Of a DNA stretch of 64,000 nucleotides, positions 9,732 to 19,163 are shown piece after piece (positions within the stretch are counted from its first letter, which is position 1; every line of letters starts with the position of its first letter). The notes beneath the pieces are model-generated. The model saw nothing but the letters and a program-made list of their open reading frames with translations, was not told where the DNA came from and did no database searches. The DNA is taken from contig CAVZJB010000004.1 of NCBI GenBank assembly GCA_963775425.1, forward strand, positions 544,001 to 608,000, read 5' to 3'. The position numbers and the translations under genes are program-made. The DNA comes from an uncultured delta proteobacterium. Its GTDB lineage: Bacteria; Myxococcota; UBA727; VGSZ01.

Positions 9732-10349
9732 TCAGCGCACGGCGATGACGACGAGCGCCACCGCCGCGGCGAGCAGGCCGAGCGGCAGGAGCAACTGCGT
9801 GGCCACGCCGAACGCGGCCCAGGCGAGCACGGCGCGCGTGTCGGCGGCGGTGGGCACGGCGTCGTCGGCGGCGCCGACGAGCGCGCGCACCTCGCCCACC
9901 GTGCGGTCGAGGTCCGCGTCGGAGAAGCGATCAAAGACGCGGTAGACGCTCTGCTTGGCGGTGCGGCCGCGCGCGTAGGCGGCGACGAGGTCGCGCGGCC
10001 AGCGCAGGACTCCCATGGCGACGCCGCCGGCGTCGATGAACGTGCCGAACCAGTAGCGGCCGAGGCCCATGGCGAGCTCGAACGCGGAGATGCGCAGCTC
10101 GCCGTTCCAGTCGGTGCCGTAGCCGGTCACGATGTGGTCGATGTCGTGGACACGCACCGCCTCCCTGCGAGGCGCGAGGTTCGGCAGGTACGCGGTCAAC
10201 GGCCCCACCGGCAGCCGGACCCAGCGATCGCTGTACGTGCTGTCGTCGAAGCCGCTCCTCGCGAAGTAGCGGGCGCGCGCCTCGCGCAGGGTGATGTCGT
10301 CGGGATACGTCGCGCGGGTCTCGTCCGCGCTCATCGTCGCATGGGTCAT
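9732..10349 (-). CDS. Membrane protein with Coq4-like HDxxH..TGY metal motif
   Basis: ATG overlaps the TetR stop; VRVHDIDHIVTGYGTDWNGE..ISAFE; C-terminal TM helix. Confidence 0.6.
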   Translation of the reverse strand: MTHATMSADETRATYPDDITLREARARYFARSGFDDSTYSDRWVRLPVGPLTAYLPNLAPRREAVRVHDIDHIVTGYGTDWNGELRISAFELAMGLGRYWFGTFIDAGGVAMGVLRWPRDLVAAYARGRTAKQSVYRVFDRFSDADLDRTVGEVRALVGAADDAVPTAADTRAVLAWAAFGVATQLLLPLGLLAAAVALVVIAVR

Positions 10350-10960
10350 GGGGACGCACCTTTGTCGAGGAGGACGAGGCTCTGTCGCAACAGCAGCCTC
10401 GCCGCGTCGTGCGCTTCGCCGGCGGGATCGCCGAGGTCGCCGGAGAGCCACGCGGTGAGCGCTCCGAAGTACAGGGAGAAGGTGGCGGCGGCGAACATGA
10501 AGGGGTCGACGTCGTCGCGCACGCGGCCCGCCGCCTGGTGCGCGCAGACGCGGCTGGCGACGGCGCCGAGCAGCTCGAAGGTGAGCGCGCGCATGCCCTC
10601 GCGCGTGTTGCCCTCGAGCCACGGCAGCTCCTTCACGAGCACGCGCGCGAGCGGCGGGTCGCGACGGTAGACGTCGAAGAACGCGCCGTAGAAGTGCATG
10701 CAGAGCTCCGTGAGCTCGCCGCCCTCGGGCGCGCTCGCCTCGGCCTCCCGCAGGGCGGCGCCGATCTCGCTCTCGAACACCAGGGCGACGACGTCGGCGC
10801 GGGTCTTGGCGTAGAGGAAGAGCGTCCCGTGGGCCACGCGCGCGCGCTTGGCGATCTGCCGGGTGGTGGTGGCGTCGTGGCCCTGCTTCGAAAACAGCGC
10901 CTTGGCCGCGGCGATGATGCGCTCGCGCTTGGCCCGCTGGTTGTCCTCTCGCCGCCCCAT
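10346..10960 (-). CDS. TetR/AcrR family transcriptional regulator
   Basis: RERIIAAAKALFSKQGHDATTTRQIAKRARVAHGTLFLYAKTR HTH. Confidence 0.92.
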   Translation of the reverse strand: MGRREDNQRAKRERIIAAAKALFSKQGHDATTTRQIAKRARVAHGTLFLYAKTRADVVALVFESEIGAALREAEASAPEGGELTELCMHFYGAFFDVYRRDPPLARVLVKELPWLEGNTREGMRALTFELLGAVASRVCAHQAAGRVRDDVDPFMFAAATFSLYFGALTAWLSGDLGDPAGEAHDAARLLLRQSLVLLDKGASP

Positions 10961-10965
10961 GATTC

Positions 10966-11012
10966 TGAGCATGCTCACTTTCGAGGCCGCGCGCAATGAG
11001 CGCGCTCACTTT
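10966..11012. promoter_or_regulatory. Two palindromic TetR operator candidates
   Basis: TGAGCATGCTCA (10966-10977) and TGAGCGCGCTCA (10997-11008), each followed by CTTT, 31 bp apart, directly upstream of the tetR start. Confidence 0.7.
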
Positions 11013-11230
11013 TTCGCGCGCCCGTTTTCCAGGGGTTGCGGCTGACACGCATCACCCCGCGCGCCTGACACATGGGCGGCGGTGTGAACGCGCGATCCCG
11101 CGGGCCGCACTGATGGCGCAACCGGAGCACGGGCCCCGGTGATTCCTGAGACCACCCCGGAAGGGGACCCGCCGCCGACGACGACGAGCGCAGTGCGCCC
11201 GTGGTCCCGACGTGCGCCCGGAGGTTCTGC

Positions 11231-12700
11231 ATGATGAAAGTCACCACACACATCGTGATCGCCGCCTTCGCCACGACCGCCGCGTCGTTGGCCGTGGGCC
11301 TCTCGGGCTGCACGCCCGCCACCTCGAGGACGAGCCCGCGCGAGCTGCGCGGAGGCGTGCTCACGTCCATGGGCTTCTCGCTCACGGACGACGGGGATCC
11401 GTCGACGCCGGCGGGCGACCTGTCCGCGTCGTTCGACTCGCCCGTCATCGGCGCCGAGGAGGATCTCCTCGACGCCGGCACCGCCCACGCCGTCTTCGAC
11501 GACGGCGAGCGCGATCTGTCGTCGGCCACCGTCATCGACGCGTACCCCGACGCCGACGTCGTCTACGCCGTGCTCTTCGACGAAAACGAGCCCTGGCGCT
11601 ACGTGATCGTCGCCGCCCACGGCGCCGACCTCGTCGCCGGCGCCGACGTCGCGCTCGACGGGCAAGACGCCGCCGCGCTCGTGGTGGACGAAAACACCGG
11701 CTCCGGCTTCCTGTCGTCGTCGGGCACGCTGCACGTCGACACGGCCGAGCTCACGAGCGGCGGCCGCCTCTCGGGCTCGCTCGACGCCGGGCTCGTGGAG
11801 GTCGGGCTCGATTCGTGGCCCGAGGCGCTCTTTCCGTTCACCGTCGACGGGCAACCGAGCGAGCGCGCCGCCGCCGACGGCGCCGGCACCTTCGCGGCAG
11901 TGACCTCGGTCGACGGCAGCTCCCCGCCCGGCACCGCCGACGTCAGCGTGAGCGTCGACGGCTACGGCACCTTCACCGGCGGCGCCGCCTACGCGATGCC
12001 CGCGGACGACAGCGACACCGTCATCGTCATCGAGGACGGCGCCGGCGGCCGCGGCGCGCTCGCGATCTTCGTGGACAACAGCGCGCTCGCCGCCGGCACC
12101 GTCTCGCTCGGCGGCTACGTCGCCGGCGCGTCTCTCCTCGAGGAGGACGGCACGCAGATCGCGTTCGTCGACGGGACGCTCACGCTCGACGCCGTGGACA
12201 CGAGCGAGGGCGGCGTCATCAGCGGCTCGTTCAGCGTCACCGGCGACGCGTACGTGTTGCCGCCGGACGCCTACGGAGATCCGGGCGACCCGGGCAACCC
12301 CGACGGCGAGGACTGCACCGGCATCGACACGCTGGCCTCGACGTTCACGCCCGCGCAGGCGTACCTGCAGACGGCGACGCCGGACGATCAGTTCCCCGCG
12401 GGCTACGACCGCGCGCTCACGCTCACCGACGACGGCGCCGGGATGTTCGGGGTGCTGATCCCCACCGGCGTCGATCTGCACGCCGGCGACGCCTACGCGT
12501 TTTCCACCGTGGACTTCGAGGGCCGCCCGTTCCCCGCGGCTGGGCTGGCGATCGCGACGTGCTCACAGTGGATCGACGTCGAGAGCGGCACGCTGACAGC
12601 CGTGCTCGACGACGCGTCGGGCACGGTGTCCGGCTCGTTGAGCTACGTCGTCGACGGCGCCTCGCGCGAGCTGGGGTTCGAGGTCCCGCTCGTCCCATAG
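11231..12700 (+). CDS. Acidic secreted lipoprotein with repeated beta-rich modules, function unknown
   Basis: GGAGG RBS; signal peptide with LSGC lipobox; recurring SGTL..D....G.ISGS[LF] modules; Asp/Gly/Thr rich. Confidence 0.7.
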   Translation: MMKVTTHIVIAAFATTAASLAVGLSGCTPATSRTSPRELRGGVLTSMGFSLTDDGDPSTPAGDLSASFDSPVIGAEEDLLDAGTAHAVFDDGERDLSSATVIDAYPDADVVYAVLFDENEPWRYVIVAAHGADLVAGADVALDGQDAAALVVDENTGSGFLSSSGTLHVDTAELTSGGRLSGSLDAGLVEVGLDSWPEALFPFTVDGQPSERAAADGAGTFAAVTSVDGSSPPGTADVSVSVDGYGTFTGGAAYAMPADDSDTVIVIEDGAGGRGALAIFVDNSALAAGTVSLGGYVAGASLLEEDGTQIAFVDGTLTLDAVDTSEGGVISGSFSVTGDAYVLPPDAYGDPGDPGNPDGEDCTGIDTLASTFTPAQAYLQTATPDDQFPAGYDRALTLTDDGAGMFGVLIPTGVDLHAGDAYAFSTVDFEGRPFPAAGLAIATCSQWIDVESGTLTAVLDDASGTVSGSLSYVVDGASRELGFEVPLVP

Positions 12701-12775
12701 GCCGCCGGGCGCGACGGCCGTGACGGCGGTCACCACCGCTGACATGAACCGGGCGCGGTGGTGCCAAAGGGGGGC

Positions 12776-13730
12776 ATGACCCTCCTCCGCCGCGCCCCGT
12801 CCGTCGCCGCCCTCCTGCTCGCCGCCGCGCCCACCGCCGGCTGCATCCTCGTCGACACAGGGCCCGGGACCCCGCGCGGGCCGGCGGGGGACCCGAGCGC
12901 CGCCGAGGACGCGGTCGCCGAGGCGCCGGCGTTCTTCGCGGGGATCAGCGGGCTGTGGACGGGCCCCGCGAGCCGCACGCCGCTCGGCGACTTCCCGCTG
13001 CTGAACATGGACGTCCGCGACGTCGACGGGCGCACGCTCTTTGCGCGCACCGACCTCGACGCCGACAACTCCTTGCGCTTCTCCTTCGAGGTCGAGGACG
13101 CCGGCGACGCCCCGGCGCTCGTCTTTCGTAACGGCGGCTATTTCCAGGGCCTGCTCCGCGACTCGCGCACGTCGCTGCGCGCGCGCGACGGAGACTCCTG
13201 GCGGTTTTGCGCGGTGGACCGAGGCTGCGACTACATCGACGCCACCTTCGCGCTCGACGGCGACGAGCTCACGCTCCAGGTCGACGTGAACGGCGCGCAA
13301 CACCTCACCTGGGCCGCGCACCGCGCCGAGGAGCGCCCCCTGCCCGACGGCTACCCCGAGGACGGCACGCCGGTGGCGCCGGGGGACTTCCCGCCGCTGT
13401 CGTCCCTCGACGTCGACGTCGGCTTTTCCGCGCTCGACGCCGACGCCGACGTCTGGGTCTTCCTCTCCACGACGCCGTGCGGGACCACCTTTTCGTGCAC
13501 CGCCGCTCGCCAGAATCTCCGCGGCCGCGCCCGCCGGCGCCACGGCGGCGACGGTGCACTTCGATCAACTGCACCCGGGCCGCTACGACGTGAACGTGTT
13601 GCTCGACAGAAACCGCGACCTCGCGACGTCCCTGCGCCCCGACGCCGGCGACGGCGTCGCGCTCCCGGACCGCCCCGTCGACGTCGACGGCGCCGCGTCG
13701 ACGAGCGCGTCGATCGCGTTCACGCTGTAG
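12776..13730 (+). CDS. Hypothetical lipoprotein, split by a +1 frameshift at about 13511-13517
   Basis: TAGC lipobox. Span is 3n+1; removing one A from CAGAATC restores ..RQISAAAPAG..HFDQLHPGRYDVNVLLDRNRD..TL* with normal codon usage. Confidence 0.65.
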
Positions 13731-13739
13731 CGACGAGGC

Positions 13740-15806
13740 TCACTCGAGCTGCGCGTCGAGCTTGGCCACCTGGCCGTCGGCGGCCTCGACGGCGAAGACC
13801 TTCTCGCCCTTGCCCTCGAGGCGCACGACCACGCGGTGCTTGCCGCCGGGGACGGAGAGCTGCAGCGGCGTGAAGCCGTGCACCTGTTGATCGTCGACGA
13901 AGACCTCGGCGCCGGGCGGCGACGAGCGCACGTCGAGCGTGGCGTGCGGGCGCCCGTGGATGGCTTGCTCGACCTCCTCGAGCCGCAGCTCCACGACGAG
14001 CGGCACGCCCGCGACGGGGACGCGTTGCACCACCACGGGCGCGCGCGCGAGCGGGTGCTCGGCGCGGATCTCGAGCATCTCGCCGGGCGTCACCTTCATG
14101 CCGGGCACGACCCTCTTGCCGTTGGCGGTGACGACGGCGTCGCGCGGATAGACGCGGACGCGCAGCTCGACGGGCAGCGGCGTCAGGTGCACCTTGAGGG
14201 ATTGGCCCGCACCGCTGACGACGATCTTGTGTCGCTGCGTCTCGTAGCCGTCGGCTTCGAAGATGAGCTCCTCTTCTGTGCCCACCGCCATCGGGATGTG
14301 CGCGGGGGAGACGTACTTGGGATCGGGCACGTCGGCGAGCGAGATGCGCGTGGTGGCCGGCTCCGCCACGACGAGCACGTCGACGTCTCCGCCCGCAGGC
14401 ACCGGCGCCGGCGGCGTATCCGGCGGCGTATCCGGCGGCGTATCCGGCGGCGTATCCGGCGGGACGCCTGGCCGCGGCGCCAGCGTCGGGGCGGCGGTGA
14501 CCGGCCGCGAGAGGATGCCCGCGGCCTCGAGCCGCGGCTTCAGCAGCAGCGCTCCCACGACGAGGACGAGCGCGCCGAGCACGATCCCCGCCGCCACCGC
14601 CGGCAAGCGCGAGCCGCTCTGCTTGCGCGGACGGCGCGGCGCCCGCGCCACGCTCGACACGCCCGTCGGCTCCGGCTCGGCGTCCTTCATGCGCGCGCGC
14701 GCGTCGGCGCGCACCGGCGGGCGGAACGCCGTGCGGGTGGCGTCCTCGTCGCCGTCGTCGGCGCCGTGCAGCGGCGTGGCGCTCGACGCGTCGCGCAGTC
14801 GCTCGGCGCGCATCTTCTGCCCGCGGGACAGCTCGTCGTCGGCCGGCGCCTCGCGCTCGCCGCCGTCGTCGTCCTCGCCGAAGACGTCGCGCACCTTTCG
14901 CGCGACGCGCTCCGCCGTGTAGCCGGGGTCGCGCTTGTAGAGGTAGCTGCGCACGTGGGCGGCGAAGGTGGCGGCGTCCTTGAAGCGCTGGCTGCGATCC
15001 TTTTCGAGCGCCGTGTCGAGGATGTCCATCAGCTCGCGATCGATGAGCCCCTCGCGCGCGAGGTCGGGCGTGTCCTCCTTGAGGATGGCGTCCATGATCT
15101 CGATCTCGGCGTCGCCGGGGAAGCGCTGGCGGTTGGCGAGCATCTCGAAGAACACGATGCCGGCGGAGAACACGTCGACGCGGTGATCGATGGCCTTGCC
15201 CTTGATGAGCTTGGGCGAGAGCTGCTCGGGCGCCATGTAGCGCAGCTTGCCCTTCACCGCCGAGCCCTGCGTGACCTCGAGGCGCTCGCGCGCGCGCGCG
15301 ATGCCGAAGTCGATGACCTTGACGACGCCGTCCATGGAGATGAGGACGTTTTGCGGGCTCACATCCCTGTGGATGATGGCGGCCGGCTTTCCCCGGTGGT
15401 CCTTCTGGACGTGGGCGGCGTGGAGGCCCTCGAGGATCTGGACGATGATGTAGCAGGCGTCGAGGATGTCGAGGCGCTTGCCCACCTTCTTCATCTTGCG
15501 CAGCAGGCGGGAGAGCGCGTGCCCGTCCACGTACTCCATGGCGATGAAGTAGTCGCCCTCCTCCTCGCCGAGCTCGAGCACCTGCACCACGTTCGGGTGG
15601 TTCAAGAGCACCGAGATGCGCGCCTCGTCGACGAGCATGTTCACGACGTGCGCGTTCTGGGAGAACTGCGGCAGGATGCGCTTGAGCGCGACGTTCTTTT
15701 CGAAGCCGTGGGCGCCCGTGGACTTCGCGAGCCACACCTCACCCATGCCGCCCTTGCCGATGCGGCGGACGAGTGTGTAACGGCCCAGCTTTTCGCCCTC
15801 GGGCAT
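13740..15806 (-). CDS. Membrane Ser/Thr protein kinase with C-terminal PEGA domains
   Basis: IGKGGMGEV, VALKRI, HRDVSPQN, DFGIA, YMAPE; TM; PDTP linker; VRSSPPGAEVFVD..TPL (PEGA). Confidence 0.93.
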   Translation of the reverse strand: MPEGEKLGRYTLVRRIGKGGMGEVWLAKSTGAHGFEKNVALKRILPQFSQNAHVVNMLVDEARISVLLNHPNVVQVLELGEEEGDYFIAMEYVDGHALSRLLRKMKKVGKRLDILDACYIIVQILEGLHAAHVQKDHRGKPAAIIHRDVSPQNVLISMDGVVKVIDFGIARARERLEVTQGSAVKGKLRYMAPEQLSPKLIKGKAIDHRVDVFSAGIVFFEMLANRQRFPGDAEIEIMDAILKEDTPDLAREGLIDRELMDILDTALEKDRSQRFKDAATFAAHVRSYLYKRDPGYTAERVARKVRDVFGEDDDGGEREAPADDELSRGQKMRAERLRDASSATPLHGADDGDEDATRTAFRPPVRADARARMKDAEPEPTGVSSVARAPRRPRKQSGSRLPAVAAGIVLGALVLVVGALLLKPRLEAAGILSRPVTAAPTLAPRPGVPPDTPPDTPPDTPPDTPPAPVPAGGDVDVLVVAEPATTRISLADVPDPKYVSPAHIPMAVGTEEELIFEADGYETQRHKIVVSGAGQSLKVHLTPLPVELRVRVYPRDAVVTANGKRVVPGMKVTPGEMLEIRAEHPLARAPVVVQRVPVAGVPLVVELRLEEVEQAIHGRPHATLDVRSSPPGAEVFVDDQQVHGFTPLQLSVPGGKHRVVVRLEGKGEKVFAVEAADGQVAKLDAQLE
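14408..14462. repeat. 12-bp tandem repeat (PDTP linker)
   Basis: CCGGCGGCGTAT x4.5 inside the kinase gene. Confidence 0.85.
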
Positions 15807-15853
15807 CCCGGGGATACTAACGGCTGCGCGCGCCGCCGTGGCAACATGACGAC

Positions 15854-17122
15854 GTGCAGACCCTGCTCGTTGCGTGCGCGCTGGCCGCGGCCGCCGGCTC
15901 CGTCGACGCCGGAGCCGCCGACGGCCCCATCTTCTTCGGGACCGCCGTGCGCGGCCGCGTCTCCAAGGACATGGCGACGCACTTCAAGGCCTCCATCGAG
16001 CGCTCGCTGGCCAAGCAGGGCATCAAGGTGCTCGACGCCTCGGCCGCCGCCGAGGACAGCACCGCCACCGCGGCCGCGGAAGCGCGCGCCGCCCTCGACG
16101 AGGCCATCAGCGCCTACAACGACGACGACTGGCCCACGGCCCTCGCCGACAGCGCGCGCGCGCTCAAGAGCTTCGAGGAGGGGCCCGCCTTCACGAGCGA
16201 CGACCTCGCCTGGGGCCTCTACCGCGACATCCTCTCCTTGCGCGCGCTGACCTACCTCAAGATGCGCAAGCGGCACGACGCCGACGAGGCGGTGCGGGCG
16301 CTCCTCGTGGTGCTGCCACGTTGGGCCCCCAACCGCGAGAAGGCGCCGCCGGACCTCATCCGGCACGTCGACGACGTCAAGGACGAGCTGCGCGCGCTGC
16401 CGCCCGCGAGCATCGAGGTGCAGAGCCGGCCCTCGGGCGCCAAGGTCATCGTCGACGGACGGGAGCGGGGCCGCTCGCCCCTCATCGTCGACGGGCTCGC
16501 GCCGGGGATGCACTACGTCGGCCTCGAGGGGAAATCGGGGCGGTACACGGAGAAAGTCCCCCTGAGCGAGAACGGGGCCGCCGTCGCCGCGCGGCTCGGC
16601 AGCCGCAAGGGGGCGGCGGCGCGGGACGTTGTGCGCGCGCTGTCCAAGCCCACCACGGCGCCGGCGTTCGTGGAGGCCATCACCGGCGTCGACGACGACG
16701 CGCTCGTGATGGTGCTCCTGCCCAAGGGAAAGAAGCGGGCGACGCTCGTCGGGGCGCGGGTGCGCGACGGCGAGGTGAAGACCGTGTGCGGGGTGATCGC
16801 CGCAGACAACGACAACGACCGCGAGCGGGCCACCTTCGTCCTGGTGCAAGGGCTCCTCCAGCGCACCTCGGACGGCTGGTTGGACGAGGCCAAGGACGAG
16901 GACCTGGCCACCCTCCGCCCGACGCTGTTCGCCGGCACCGGGACGCTCGTCGACGAGGCGGAGACGGAGGAGGAGCCGATGAACCCCGCGGTGATCGCGA
17001 GCGCCATCGTCGGCGCCGTGGCCGCGGTGGCCGTCGTCGGCGCGGGCGTGGGATTCTATGTGACGCAGGAGCTGAAGAAGAATGACGGGTTCACGTACAC
17101 GGTGGACACGAGCAAGCTTTGA
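15854..17122 (+). CDS. PEGA-domain secreted/membrane protein with TPR-like helices
   Basis: Signal peptide; IEVQSRPSGAKVIVDG..GRSP (PEGA); C-terminal hydrophobic helix. Confidence 0.8.
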   Translation: MQTLLVACALAAAAGSVDAGAADGPIFFGTAVRGRVSKDMATHFKASIERSLAKQGIKVLDASAAAEDSTATAAAEARAALDEAISAYNDDDWPTALADSARALKSFEEGPAFTSDDLAWGLYRDILSLRALTYLKMRKRHDADEAVRALLVVLPRWAPNREKAPPDLIRHVDDVKDELRALPPASIEVQSRPSGAKVIVDGRERGRSPLIVDGLAPGMHYVGLEGKSGRYTEKVPLSENGAAVAARLGSRKGAAARDVVRALSKPTTAPAFVEAITGVDDDALVMVLLPKGKKRATLVGARVRDGEVKTVCGVIAADNDNDRERATFVLVQGLLQRTSDGWLDEAKDEDLATLRPTLFAGTGTLVDEAETEEEPMNPAVIASAIVGAVAAVAVVGAGVGFYVTQELKKNDGFTYTVDTSKL

Positions 17123-17537
17123 GGCCGCGTGCCTCGTGCTCGGCCTCGGGCTCGCCGGCTGCGGAGGGCAGCCGCAGCTCATCATCACCCTCACACGCGA
17201 CCCGGCGCTCGCGGCGTCGCCCCCGTTCGTGAAGCTCCACCTCCAGGCGCTCGATCAGCCGGGGCCCGACGAGGCCGGCCCGTTCGACGTCACGGCCATC
17301 CCCAGCAACCTCTTCGAGGCGATCCCCCCGGGGACGGCCTTGTCCATCGACGTCTTCGGCTGCCAGACCGCCGCCGCCGAGCTCTGCCAGGACGACATCT
17401 CCTTCACCGCGCGCGGCTGCACCGACCACTTCATCACGCTCACCAAGGCCGAGGGCCAACAGGTGAGCATCGAGCTGCACAAGGCCGCCGACGGTGCGGC
17501 GATCTGTCCGACGCTGGAGCCCGGCGCCTCCCCGTAG
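17082..17537 (+). CDS. Hypothetical lipoprotein
   Basis: LGLGLAGC lipobox; four downstream Cys; overlaps the upstream gene. Confidence 0.65.
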   Translation: MTGSRTRWTRASFEAACLVLGLGLAGCGGQPQLIITLTRDPALAASPPFVKLHLQALDQPGPDEAGPFDVTAIPSNLFEAIPPGTALSIDVFGCQTAAAELCQDDISFTARGCTDHFITLTKAEGQQVSIELHKAADGAAICPTLEPGASP

Positions 17538-17538
17538 C

Positions 17539-17769
17539 TCACCCGGAGCGTGGCACCGGGTCCTCTTCCGGATGCGCTCCCGCGACCTCGCCGGTGTCGT
17601 GCGTCCGCGACGCGAGGATCTTCAGGGCCTTCTCCAGACGAGCGACCGTCTCTTCGAGGACGCTCACGCGTTGCTCTTTCTCGACGAGCGCCTGGTGCAG
17701 GTCCTCGATCGATTGGTCGTGAAAAGCGAGCTTGGTCTCGATCTCGACGAGTCTCTCGTTGTCGCTCAC
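17539..17769 (-). CDS. slyX: SlyX family coiled-coil protein
   Basis: GTG start; ERLVEIETKLAFHDQSIEDLHQAL. Confidence 0.8.
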   Translation of the reverse strand: MSDNERLVEIETKLAFHDQSIEDLHQALVEKEQRVSVLEETVARLEKALKILASRTHDTGEVAGAHPEEDPVPRSG

Positions 17770-17808
17770 GGGTTGCCTCGGGTACGTTGGCTGTGGGGGA
17801 TCAACATC

Positions 17809-18514
17809 ATGCACGACGTCGACGATGAGGGCAGCCTCGTTCCGCTTTTCCTGTCGGTGGGCGCCACCCTGGCCGCGTCCACCGAAGCCCTGCTCCGCTC
17901 CACCACGCGCACGCTCGATCTCGAGAGCAGCGAGGGCATCGTGCGCCGCTGGCGCCGGCGCATCTTCCGCGCGGGCGATCACACCATCGACGTCGAGGGC
18001 CGGGAGAACGTCGAGCACGGCCGCGCCTACCTCGTGATGTCCAACCATCGCTCGCTCCTCGACATCCCCGCCGTGCTCGCGGCGTTTCCCACGCCCATCC
18101 GCACGCTGTCGCCCGTGTTGTCGCGCCTCGGCTTCCTCCGCGACGTCGACGACGCTCGCGAGCGGCTGCGCGAGGGCATCTCGGTCTGGCTCGCGCCCGA
18201 GGGGCGCCGCTTCCACGACGGTGCGCTCCACGACTTCCGCCGCCGCACCTTCGAGCTCGCGCTCGACCTCGGCGTGCCCATCGTCCCGATGTGGATCGAG
18301 GGCACCGATCAGAATCCGCAAGCGCGGCTCTTTGCGCTTCCTGCCCAAGCGCCACGTCCACGTGAAGATCGGCCCGCCGCTCGACGCCGACGTCGACGAC
18401 GCCGAGCTGCTCGTCACCCGCGTGCGCGCGGCGCTCCTGGCGCTCTCGCCGTTGATGACGGCGACGACGCCTACGCCGGCCACGCTCGAGCACCCACCCA
18501 CGCTCGCAGCGTAG
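17809..18514 (+). CDS. Lysophospholipid acyltransferase (PlsC-like), +1 frameshift at about 18310-18316
   Basis: VEGRENV, MSNHRSLLD (NHxSxxD), WLAPEGRR, VPIVPMWIEGT; span is 3n+1 and is repaired by CAGAATC->CAGATC. Confidence 0.7.
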
Positions 18515-18525
18515 GCCGCGCCCAC

Positions 18526-19130
18526 GTGGCGCGCGCGACGCCCTTGTGGCGCGCGCGACGCCCTTGTGGCGCGCGCGACGCCCCTTGTGGCGCGCGCGAC
18601 GCCCCGGTGCCTCTTGTGGCGCGCACGAGGCCCGGTGTGGCGTACGCGACGCCCTTGTCGCGCGCGCGACGCTCCGGTTCGCGCGCGACGCCCCGTGCCG
18701 CGCGCGCGACGCCCTTGTGGCGCGCGCCACGCCCCGGTGCCTCTTGTGGCGCGCACGACGCCCCGTGTGGCCCGTGCCGCGCGCGCGACGCCCTTGTGGC
18801 GCGCGCCACGCCCCGGTGCCTCTTGTGGCGCGCGCACGACGCCCCGTGTGGCGCCCCCGATGCCCCGTGTCGCGCGCGACGCCCCGTGCCGCGCGCGCGA
18901 CGCCCGTGTGGCGCGCCACGCCCCGGTGCCTCTTGTGGCGCGCGCGACGCCCCGTGTGGCGCGCGCCACGCCCCTTGTCGCGCGCGACGCCCCGTGGCGC
19001 GCGCGCGACGCCCGTGTGGCGCGCGCGACGCCCCTTGTGGCGCGCGCCACGCCCCGTGCCGCGCGCGCGACGCCCCGTGTGGCGCGCGCGACGCCCGTGT
19101 GGCGCCCCCGATGCCCCGTGTCGCGCGCGG
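18526..19130. repeat. Intergenic minisatellite of about 20-21-bp palindromic units
   Basis: Roughly 28 units of consensus TGTGGCGCGCGCGACGCCC(C)(T/G), with recurring CCGGTGCCTC inserts, between convergent genes. Confidence 0.9.
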
Positions 19131-19137
19131 GACGTAG

Positions 19138-19158
19138 GGCGGGGGCTCGTCCCCCGCC
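19138..19158. terminator. Stem-loop between convergent genes
   Basis: GGCGGGGG-CTCGT-CCCCCGCC, 5 bp after the stop of 19164..20096; no U-tract. Confidence 0.45.
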
Positions 19159-19163
19159 TCGTC

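Noticed and set aside
18526-19130. Possible CRISPR array
   Set aside because: Units are contiguous variants of one repeat with no unique spacers, and no cas genes are present
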